A DNA stretch of 64,000 bases from Lepidodermella squamata (lineage: Eukaryota > Animalia > Gastrotricha): the NCBI GenBank assembly GCA_047495785.1, contig JBLDXI010000007.1:4402001-4466000 (forward strand). Reading direction: 5' to 3'. Both the position numbers and the translations under genes were made by a program. This document shows positions 22,501 through 32,924 of the stretch, one piece after another (position 1 is the stretch's first letter; each line of letters opens with the position of its first letter). Below the pieces are notes generated by a model. The model saw only the letters and a list, made by a program, of their open reading frames with translations. It made no database searches and was not told the DNA's origin.

Positions 22501-25500
22501 GAGGTCAAGAATGTTGCCAGGGGCCGTAGAAATCGGCATCTCCAAGAAAGCACTACTCGTAGCAAGGTTCCAAGCTCTAAGAGAGGCCATTTTCGGATCG
22601 GAGTTTCGATTGCTTGCAAAATAAACTCACGTTGACGTATAGCCATACATTTTCGAGCATTGAGGACTGCCATTCGAGGTGAAGCTCGGCCCTTGACTCG
22701 TTACATCGTTCAACGAGCATGCCAGAGGGTAAATAGCTACAGGTCGGGGAGCTGAAAAGGGTAACTTATTAAGTCGATTTCGATGGCTAATTGTACGACT
22801 AACTTAGCCAGGGACATCGCGATGCTTGTTCGATCTCGGACTGATCGAGGCCTCGTTTGTAGAACTGCATGCAGGCGATGCGACCACTCCACTGGCCGCG
22901 AATCTCGAAATACTCAGTCATCATGAAGACGTCCGGCGTGATGCAGCCCTGATAGTTGATAGCTCGGTCGTATGTGTCGTAGTAGACGCGACTCACGCCG
23001 CTTCGGCAGTCGACAGTCACCGCGAAGAAGAACCAGCGATCCGACGGCGGGTAGGCGTCAATCCACGGCCATTGCCAGCTAATCACCGAATTGATTGTGT
23101 AGTCTAGCTTGATTTGACGCGTTGTTGTGAAACGCATGTTGAACCGCCATATTCTGTTTTGATTCTTCATAGAATTCATCTTCTCACATCGAAATAACCT
23201 ACTCACCCGCTTGTTGACTTGCATTTCATCAAAAAAATGTCACCCGTGTTACCAGCACTCGGGTAGTATAGCCAGGCCGCAAACGTCCAGCCGTTGTTCA
23301 GATCAATCGTGTTTATGTTAGTTGTTCGAACTAGAATAGCTCGATCAGCCCCTGGCCACTGCAATGCGCCCAGTGGGCGGCCATCGAACCCAGCCACGTA
23401 GGTTAAGCTCGGCGGAATGATGGCGTGATTGCCGTTGCTCGACAAATCATCGCCACCCCGCAGGTAGTCGAACAGCCAAAGGCCATCCGGGTTCAATGTA
23501 ACCACGCCGGGGTAGTTCGGCGTCACAATTTCAACTGCGGATATTGTTCTCGTTGAGCCGAGATCAATTGTAGCGAATGGACGGCCGGAACTCGCTGGGC
23601 TGCCGGTTATTCTCGTGCAGTTCTGCTGGTGCTGCAGTCGAATAACGCGAGGTTGCGTAATCGACGCAGGGCTTGATAGGGTGGAATCAAAACCTGAAGC
23701 ACTAACGATGCTATTCGCTGCTAGGTTGCGTAAATACGACGGGGTCTCTGCAAAATAATAGCTATACCTAACGCATTAGCGCAATTAACGCAATAGCCTA
23801 CTTTTGCAGCCTAACAGCTCGAAACGATAGCAAATCGTGTTAGAGTAACCGATGGGGATCAGGTTGAAGAATTGACCAATGACGGCCGTCGGAAAGGCTA
23901 TGACAACAACTGTTGAGATGTCCGTATTTGCGGTGAAACCTTTCGAGCCGGAATTATCCATTAAATCGACCCAAATATCATCAACGCGAGCTTTGTATTT
24001 GAATGAGAAAGCCGTAACCCAAGAGCTGGCCTTCGGACAGCCTTGAACTTCAACGCCTCGTATGAAGGTCTGCTTTTTCAGGTCGACCGTAATGCTGTAT
24101 CGGTTGCTGAAAGCCGCCAATCCCCAGTTGAGTCTGGCGTAGTAACTTTGCGCTATGAATACCGGTGTCAACAATTGGCCATCTGTGATTTCTCCGTTTT
24201 CGACACCGAGTGGTTCAAAGCAGTTGACAATAGGACAGCCGAGAAAACTCAATCGACCACCTCTGTAGTAAACTGCTGTTCCATTCTCTATGGTCGAGGT
24301 CAGTTTGATTTGTCGCATTAGCGTCGGCCGAAAAAATTGAAACGAGACTGTACCGCTTGAAAGTAGACAATCCAGGAACTGTTTTTAAGCCAAAATGTAA
24401 AATATTTTTGAGATTGGAACTCATAATATATAAGTTTTGAACATTATTACGGGGTGGTGATCGTACGGACCTTAACTTAAGTGGTAACTTTTCAGCTAAG
24501 TTCACTTTGTTAAGTTTACCTTAAGTTGGGGTTTGATCGAAACTCACCTTATCAAAGGCGCCCTTAGTTAAGGTCCACTTAAAGGAATGTTATCGTACTT
24601 TATCAGGACCTCGATATCGTTCTATCACCAACTTAATTTTTTTACTGAGATTCGAACTTTAGGATAAGTTGAGTGATCAAAGTTAATGTGACATTAAGTG
24701 ATTGAGCAACAATGCCAAAAGACGGCCTGATTTCTTGAGACATATTTTTGTCCCAATTATCAGTTCAAAATGTTTACTTATTTCCTTCTTAAGCATTCGA
24801 TCACACCTCGACTTAAGTTGAGCCTATTTTGCAAAAACAGTTAAAGATAAGGGCGACCTTAACTTTCGATCACCAACCTTAGCACTTGAGGAATTAAGGT
24901 GGTGTTAAGGAGCTTACGATCACCACCCCGTTAGGAGACGGCGCGTCGTCTGGTTTTCGAACAATTAAGAAAGATAGGCTAATTGATAAGCTTCTTTTGA
25001 TTTTGTTTTTGCCTCGGAATCGTACATAAATTTCTAAACCTTGGGTTATGTTTTTCATTTTGATCTTGAAAGTTGAACTCTTTTATAGGCGAACTCCATA
25101 CGTAATCATAGGGAATACTCTGTTCTCTGTTTCTGTTAGTAAATGAAGCTAGGAATCGCAAACCTGTTGCGTAGCTCTGCCAGACATGGCGGGCGTATAA
25201 GAAACGTCATCGAGCGAATAATCGATTCGAAACTGCCGGATGCATTGACCTACGCGGCACTGGTAGCGCAGTTCTGTTAGCCACACTACCCGTTGTAGAT
25301 CTACCTTGAGCCAATTGCCAATCGGCGGATTCATCGCCCAGACTGCCCAATTCAGGTGGCCAGAATTGATGCGACCGAAGTAAGGCGGCTCTTTGTAAAA
25401 CGTGATACCGCTTACTGTCCACGTTGTTGAGGAACTGGATGAATAACCGAGGTCGCTGACGTAGCTCGTATCGTAGTCTAGAACTTCGACCGGGCAAGTT

Positions 25501-25952
25501 GGAGCTGGGTCGCTGGCGAACTCTTTCCAACAAGTCGGCCGCATGACTTCACGCTTGATTGCGTCGAAGTACCAACTCGTCACGCATTGACTACTCGAGC
25601 ACTGGCCAGATTTCGTCAGTTTACTCCGACCGGCTAGAGACATTGACGTGACATCCGTATCTGGCACTAGTCCAGCAATGATCGACCCGACTGGCGAGAT
25701 GCTGAGCAGTGAACACGTTTTCGTGCTTTTGCGAAACTGTAGCGACTGGCACTGCAGATTTCTCGAGCAAAAGGATGCGCAGATCGATTCTTCCGCCGTG
25801 GATTCCGTCAACGCTAGCGCGTAACTGTTGAGATTTGCCAACCCACTTTGCGCAGTCGGAGCAATGGCAGCATTTTCGTGGCGCAGAAAATACTTTCCAC
25901 TGCATACTAGGGAGGGTAGCAGATGGAGGAATATAAAATTCGTCAACTGCAT
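19501..25952 (-). CDS. Gene D: secreted multidomain lectin-like protein (PAN/Apple, 4x F5/8 type C discoidin, 3x LamG/ConA-like, 2x F-type lectin-like), about 1747 aa, 10 exons
   Basis: Exons 25952-25164, 24378-23802, 23747-23207, 23153-22804, 22751-22631, 22576-21960, 21910-21305, 21253-20907, 20853-20715, 20657-19501 join in frame. Signal peptide; PAN CASFCSRNLQCQS..C; discoidin WLKVDL..YSLD, YRFELLGC, ARYVRIHP..LRGC; LamG WTFAAW..W.F.AVT..GRIACMQFY; F-type SGRYVSI. No TM segment. Confidence 0.8.
24450..24930. mobile_element. PIF/Harbinger-type MITE in gene D intron 1
   Basis: TIRs CGGGGTGGTGATCGTA / TACGATCACCACCCCG; 3-bp TTA TSD on both sides. Confidence 0.8.
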
Positions 25953-26744
25953 AGCTTTTCTTCGAAATGACTCAAAAACGCTGCAATCGCAAACCACGTT
26001 GCTTTTAATTCACGCCCGCTGAATTTTTCGCTGTCAAGAAATGAGCTGGGTGTGATTTTTCACCGTGTTGCGATGTTATGAAATTCGACCGGAATTCCTC
26101 TAAGCAAATATATATGCGAAGCCTGTTCCGTTGCGCCACATTGCGCATTTGCGCAGAACCTATAATTTAAATATGTTGCCACTCCAGCCTTCCATCAATT
26201 ACCAACTTATACCACAGCAATGACATATTTTTGTGTACACAATCAATGTAGTATTTATTATCTTTCGTCGTTTTTGCGAAGGTTTGGCGTATTAAAGTCT
26301 TCACGAAGCTGTGAAACCAACTTGTGAAATCATTTACAATGAAAAACCAACCCAAAGTAAATGTTTAAGACTTTCCAGTTCTTTTAAATCATTTCAAGCA
26401 GAAGCCGTGACATTCTTTGTAACGCGTTTATCGCATTTTTTAATGTCTTATTTTGTGCACGTTTCCCATCAATCTCTGGACAACCTTCGCCTTTCGAGAC
26501 TCGGGTTTCTGTATTGTATGCCACACAAGGTTGCTTAATGCTCGAGGGTAGGAGCCTTACCAATAGTTATTTGCTATTTGAATCAATGTTTTCTTCAAGG
26601 AAAATTTCGGTGTTTACAGGTGTTTGAAGCAACTATCAGCCTTGTTTAAAATTTCGGAAAATGTATACCAAAAGTAGCATTGCCAACTTCAACAACTATC
26701 TGAAGCAGCTGCTGTGATTCGGAATATGCGAGCGAAGTGAAAAT

Positions 26745-26820
26745 GTGTTACGAAAAAATCACTAAATGTTGTACGAAAAGATCACGTTACGAATTTGCGG
26801 GTACGAACTTACTATTCACC
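26745..26820. mobile_element. Isolated terminus of the MULE family seen at 46498-48832
   Basis: GTTACGAATTTGCGGGTACGAACTTACTATTCACC is near-identical to the right end at 48798-48832 and is preceded by TACGAAAAGATCAC subterminal repeats. Confidence 0.7.
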
Positions 26821-27787
26821 AAGCGATTTGTTGCGGGTATTTTAAAATAACTTAAACGGCAAGTTCCCAGACCGAGGTGCTTCACAGGCGTCTGCAGGTT
26901 TTTAATTTCGGTGTTAACACCGCCTATTTTCGGTTTCTACATTGTAAATCCTGTAAACCCCTTAAAAACACTGATTGAATATTAGCTGACTATGGAGAAT
27001 GCGTGCCCACGGTTAGATACAGAGCACCTTTCAGTCTGGATGCATTTTTAATGACAACCAAAATAGCTTCGTTGCCAGGCATCGCTAAAAATCCATCGAT
27101 CAATGGCAGAATGATGAAAGATGAGGCAATGGTACAATATTATCAGTGCAAGGCTGAAATCGTGGACAGAAATAAATACCACAGCAGGAATCATGACGGG
27201 CTTGCTGCGATCTTGGCGTATAAGCGAGGTTGGCATTCATTATAGGCGCATTGGCGCCGCTTTCTGTCTTTTACGATGTAAGCAGCGTAGAGTCATTTTT
27301 AAACCAGAATCTCAGTGTTTAATTGATGGTTTGCAAAGTAGACTTTGTTTTACAGGTGACGGTTTGCACTTTTAGCTCAGAAGGGGACGTTTATGCCTGG
27401 CGCATTCCCGTTTCGATTCCCGATGTGAACACTTTCAAGCAGATTAACACTTTGTTTAATTTTAGCTATCTCCGAAAAACAACTCTGAATGTATTGATAT
27501 CTTTTCAAAAGTTTGGAAGCAGATGAAATTTATTGCTTTTCGACATCACTTCAAACTCGCACTTCAAACCTCGTTAGTGGTAGAAGTTGTTTCATAGTTT
27601 CCTTGTCAGTATGTTTATGAGACTCGAGGTCCAACTCCTATTATGAAGAAGCTAATACGTCACGCGAGCCTCGCAGAAGCGGTAGCATGTCCTGCACGAA
27701 TTTTTATTTGCAAATGGCTCATTTTTTCTTGAAGAGAAGACTCCATACATAGTATCGAGGCAGAATTCATGATAAGCTCCATTTTAA

Positions 27788-30536
27788 CTGATACTGATAC
27801 TGATACTGTTTTATTTTGCAATTTGTCTTTCAACATTTAGCAATTAGGAATTAACAATACGTTAAGTTATGGCGCCTCACCACAGAAATTGTGAATTTTT
27901 CCAAGTCAGTACATTTAAGATATTTCAAGAATGAAGAATACGAATTATTAACGACGGAAGATGGTAAGCCTGTTCCAAGCTGGGCGCACTCGCATCACAA
28001 ATGAAAACTGAGAGCTGGCATGACTGTAGCTTTCCATCGTAACAGAATGATGCGGTAAGCGCGGATTAGTGGAAATATTAAAGAAGTCAGAGAAATTTAA
28101 GTCCACAGCACGCTGGTACATTTTATGACATAACGCAAGATCGTGTTGGTAGCGTCTTAATTCGAGTGAACACAACCCAAGCTTTTTTAGTCGTTCTTCA
28201 TAGGAGGAGCCTTCGATCGATGAGTAGTAGGTACTACGATATAGCAAACGTTTTGTGAAGCGGATTTGAATCGATTCGACCTTTTCAATATCTGTTATTA
28301 GGTAAGGTGAGTAAACAGACGGGCAAAAGTCAAGACGAGATAAAGTATACGTTTTATAGGCTTTGAGACGTAAGGATTTAGAGGCGAACGATTTACAAAT
28401 AACACCGTTAATTCTGTGGCATTTAGTTGCCAATGCGTTACAGTGCTCAGAGAAGGTGAGATTTTTATCAATAATTATTCCGAGGTCTTTCACTGAGTCC
28501 ACAACATCAAGCTCGACATCTTTAATTTTGAATTTGAACATAAATTTGTTTTGCCCGAGTAAAGCACGACGCATTTTTTCGAATTCGCAGACAGGCCGTT
28601 AGCGTCAAACCAGTTGATGATTTCATCCAAGTCTTTCTGCAGTTCGATGCAATCGCTTAAAGAACGGATCGCCCGGTATAGCTTCGTATCGTCGGCGAAG
28701 AATTTCGCAATCGATCTCTCTACCAACACATTTACTTCTGTCGTGAAAATCAAGAACAGCAGCGGCCCTAGAACAGAGCCCTGAGGTACTCCTGAAGTGA
28801 CCGCCGACCATGATGACACACTGTTATTCACTGCTACCCTGAAAAATCGGTCACTCAAGAAAGCCTTTATCCAGGCGTGCAGGTTTCCACAAATATTGAT
28901 ATCTGAGAGCTTGGTAGTAGTTTATTGTAAAAACAATGATCCGACTGATACTAAGTAACAGTTTGCCTATAGACACGGGTATTTACATTTAGCTAATTCT
29001 TTCTGTACAAATGATTATTTATGATTTTGCATGAGTCTTTTATCGTTGAAATGACGATGTCGCATATGAGTGACTGCGGTAGTTCGAGACGTTTTGCGAA
29101 GTCGCGGAAGAACTTGGTGATGGTACCACGGGCTCCAACGAAGAGACCGATTACTTCGAGGGAAGTTAGATTGTATCTTTCCTTGAAGTATTCTGCGCAA
29201 GGCTCGTAGTGTGCCCGTTTTTCTTTGTCGACTTCCAGGGCTTGATCAAGGCTTTTTTCGAAGCGGATGGTGGGGTCCAAGATCCACCCTTCTCTCGTGT
29301 TTTTATTGAAGGCGATAATGTCGACCCTTTTGAGGCCGTCATTTTCTGCGAGGCAGGAAACTTCCTCGTAGACTTCAAGAGTCTTGTTGTAACAAAGAGA
29401 TCGGCACAACATCGAAGGCTTTTGACAGGTCAAGGTATATAACAATTATATCACTAATTTGCTTTGGGTTTAACGATTTGTCAATAAAGCCAGCGGATCC
29501 GCCACTTTTGTGCAGTGTTCGGTCCTGCGTGAACGGTATGTAGCCCAGATTTTCAAGAATCGTAGTATTTTTGTTGTCGGCGGTGAAACCTGATTCAACC
29601 ACAATAACAATCAGCGGATGATGGTCATCAATTCTTTCCAGTAGTTTATCGAACGTATTAGTTATAGAATTGGCGTTACAATAGAAGACAGTAAAGTAAG
29701 GTAGCGAAGAGGAGCTATCATTGCCTGCGGGGGCGCCAAATACCTATTCTCTGAAGAATTCCGAGAAAGAAAGAGAATCGCAAACATTAACTTGGCGATC
29801 GAGGATGTCGAAGAAATTTACAGCCGGCGGCGGCGTGCTTTTCACAATCATATCAGAGTGTTGCAGCGATTTCACGTACTTTTCATTAAAATCACTCACA
29901 AAATCATCACAATTTGGAGCCATAGACGACTTCCTTGTAACACGCTTAGGACTTGGTTCACACACGTAAGCAATATCGGGCAGAATAGACAGAATATGAT
30001 GCGAGAATGACGGCGGTACAGGCAAAGAATCATCGGATCTAGTGTCACAACCGCAAAGAAAAGCAAGGTTGCTGTTGTTTTTCGCGATCAATTTAAAAAC
30101 ATTTTTTGGCAGCTTCGAACAATCTGAGTGGACTAAGTTATCGCATAATTTACACTTGATGAATGAGGCAGAATTTTTAATAATACGATCACATTTAACA
30201 TAGATAGTTTTTTGCTCGAACCCAGACATAGATTCAAAATCTCGCACGTTAATCGTGACTTGACCTGGAAGCAGATTAAGACGTTCAATGAGCACAGCCG
30301 GAACCAGCTTTGAATCACTCGCACGTGACGGCTTTACGGTTTCCGCACGCGAGGTGGCAGTTTTGTTGACGCGTGGCAGTGACTTGTTTTTCTGGCTGCT
30401 ACGTGTTGACATGACGATGTAAGAGGTTAAAGTCCTCAAATTTAAAAATTTCTTGGACTTTGGACCAGGCTCGATGTTCGGCTTGTCGATACCCGGTTGG
30501 CCTAGTTTGAGCGACAGGTGGTAAGTTTACCCTGAT
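27788..30536 (-). mobile_element. CR1-clade LINE, internally deleted (PHD-finger ORF1, APE start, RT, tandem-repeat tail)
   Basis: ORF1 29744-30439 has a PHD-like CKLCDNLVHSDC..FLCGC; APE start about 29700-29450; RT YLDLSKAFD, SGVPQGSVLGPLLF, FADDTK, KDLGIIID, LCSLELRR; (AGTATC)n tail at about 27788-27807. The 5' end is interrupted by the LTR element. Confidence 0.85.
28920..29385 (-). mobile_element. 3' fragment of an RLE-type (R2/NeSL-superfamily) non-LTR retrotransposon inserted in the CR1 RT
   Basis: KRVDIIAF..GWILDPTIRFE..EKRAHYEP..GLFVGARG is a restriction-like endonuclease motif pattern. It separates CR1 RT KAFDVVPISLL from KLSDINICG. Confidence 0.7.
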
Positions 30537-31958
30537 TGTAGTGCGGTGCAAGACGTCACCTGTTTGTCGCGTGCCGCCTCGCGCCTCGCCCTTAAGTTGT
30601 AAACAAGAGCTGTTTATAAACGCCCAGAAATTCCTATTCTGGGAGGCACGTTAGATAGTTAATAAAAGTAATTAGTTTGCCAAGTTAGTCTTTTTCAACC
30701 GCTACATTTTGGTGGCCACTGGGGGCCCGGCCTTCGTTCAACTGCGCTCTGGAATCGTGTCGGTATGGACTACCGTTATGCCAGCCAACCAAGCGGGCCC
30801 GTGTACTGCTACGGCTCTATCGACGCTCCCGTCGAGCCCTGTCTATCCCGTGTCGACGACAGTCAGCGTTGGAGGAGGAGGTGCCGCCCTGGTTGGTGGA
30901 AATCGAAATTCGACAACCGTTCGCACTCGCTGCTGGTACCTGAGCCTATGGACCACGCACTCGCCAACCGTGCCAAAGCTGTTCGATCTGCCGCGCTGCC
31001 CGCCGAGCCGACGAAAGCGATAGAAGCAAGCCACGATCAAGTGCGGCCCAGGCGAGTTCGCCAAGGTACTGATTCAACCGTTCAACATGAAAATCTAGTG
31101 ACAATCAGTCTAGTGAAATTGTGCTTACAAGCTCTCGGAATTTTACTGTAGTCTTAGAAAATCATTATGAAAATAATTTGACGTATCAAAAAGTGCTCAT
31201 TCATTTTTTTTCACGTGCCCTCCGCTGGATTTTTTTTCATTCACTCATTCACTCCTAAGTACATGTTATTGCTTTCGTTTCATCCTTGGTTCAATTTTGT
31301 AAACGCTGATCGTTTAAATCGCCTTCCCGACTTCAGTTGATGTGGTGGTGTGAACAATTGTTCGCAGTTATTAGTTGACGTGGTGGTGTTCAATATCGCC
31401 TTTCCGACCTTTGTTGATGTGGTGGTGTTCAATATCGCCTTCCCGGCTAGTAGTTGATGTAGTGATGTTCAACATCGCCTTCCCGACTTTGTTGATGTGG
31501 TGGTGCTAGCGCTGAAGCGAATACATTGTTGAGACTGTAATAAATTATCTGGGGATCTTTGTCGATCTGTGTCTGTGTCTCTTCTCGGCCTGATACTGGA
31601 AGAATAAAGATGAAAGGCTACACTTGGGAGGACGAACATTACTTGATGATTGTTGAGCTGGGTGTGTAATGGCGAGAAAGATTAGACCGATGACACTGAA
31701 ATCTACAGATCTCCTTTGTACTAGTAATTTGTCGCAATAATTTTTGTCAAAATGTGTGCTCTAGTTCTTTCATAAGAAGGGGAGGTGTTGTAGTGCGGTG
31801 CAAGACGTCACCTGTTTGTCGCGTGCCGCCTCGCGCCTCGCCCTTAAGTTGTAAACAAGAGCTGTTTATAAACGCCCAGAAATTCCTATTCTGGGAGGCA
31901 CGTTAGATAGTTAATAAAAGTAATTAGTTTGCCAAGTTAGTCTTTTTCAACCGCTACA
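30537..31958 (+). mobile_element. Small non-autonomous LTR retroelement (TRIM-like), 1422 bp
   Basis: Two 170-bp LTRs (30537-30706, 31789-31958; TGTAG..CTACA) that read identical by eye; 4-bp TSD TGAT; PBS-like TGGTGGCCACTG after the 5' LTR; PPT AAGAAGGGGAGG before the 3' LTR; no gag/pol motifs. Confidence 0.9.
31318..31506. repeat. About 40-bp tandem repeat inside the LTR element
   Basis: Four to five imperfect copies of TCGCCTTCCCGACTTTGTTGATGTGGTGGTGTTCAATA. Confidence 0.75.
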
Positions 31959-32003
31959 TGATTTTGGTGATGCGGTGTCGCAGCTGAGCGCCGATCGATT
32001 GAA

Positions 32004-32672
32004 CATAGCATAGCATAGCATTTTCTTTATTTTATCTTTTCCTTCATTAATTGATCAACAATAACATAACAATAACAAGTTCCAATAACAAGTGAGTTCA
32101 AGTACAGAAACGAAGAAACAAAAATGAGAAGGAAAAATGATAAAATAAAATTCACTCCGGTGTACCCAATTCGCCGGGCGTGATGTAAATTTTGTTCACG
32201 CCAAGCGAACCGAGTGTCGGAGGAGGACCGGTAGCAAGCTACCTATCCTGATCGTCAACCTCAAAAACTCATCCTTACTCTGATATTTCAATTTCACCAA
32301 AATAACTATGAATTTTTTGTCTCCAAGTAGTTCTAACCTGGGCCAGGCCGTCGGCCTCCTCAAAATTGTTAATCCCTATTTTGTTCAAATGTTTTTTGAT
32401 GCAATCAATCCACCTTAATTTTGGTCGCCCTCGAGGTCTACTCCAAGTATCATCCGGCGGCTGCCAGTACCGCACGTGGCTTGCCAACCTTACGGGGTCC
32501 ATGCGAGCGACGTGCCCGTACCAGCGAAGTTGCCGCCTAGCAATTTTGAATGTAAATTGTTCTGAACCACACATATTTCTAATGACCTCATTGCGAATCC
32601 TGTCCCTAAGTGTTACTCCGCATATCTTACGCAAATAACGCATATAGCCTACGTCGAGTCGCCTCGCATCCT
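32004..32672 (-). mobile_element. 5'-truncated RTE-like LINE
   Basis: RT C-terminus LRKICGVTLRDRIRN..LRWYGHVARM..RPRGRPKLRW; (ATGCT)n tail; TSD CGATCGATTGAA (31992-32003, 32673-32684). Confidence 0.85.
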
Positions 32673-32924
32673 CGATCGATTGAAGAAGGGATAAGCCGGA
32701 CAGCCGTAATCACGGGTGGATTGAGATAAAAAATAATATGAGTAAAGTCTCTAGGCGAGAAAAAACACGGCGGGAGGCCTCGAGGATGCGTCTCCCGCTA
32801 ACCTCAGAAAATTTAATATTCAACCGCAGATCCGAACCAAGCGACTGTTGACGCTCGCAGCTGAAATATGTGGGCGACAGTGGCAGATTCTATGAACTAG
32901 TCTGTGAACAAAGTCTATGAAGTA

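Noticed and set aside
31318-31506. Repeat array superficially like CRISPR
   Set aside because: Imperfect tandem units without unique spacers, inside an LTR element in eukaryotic DNA, with no cas genes.
32145-32235. HDV-like ribozyme (CCTCCTCCG..GGCGAAT on the minus strand)
   Set aside because: The homologous copy near 36000 lacks the J4/2 motif and I could not form the nested pseudoknot; treated as a 3' UTR stem-loop instead.
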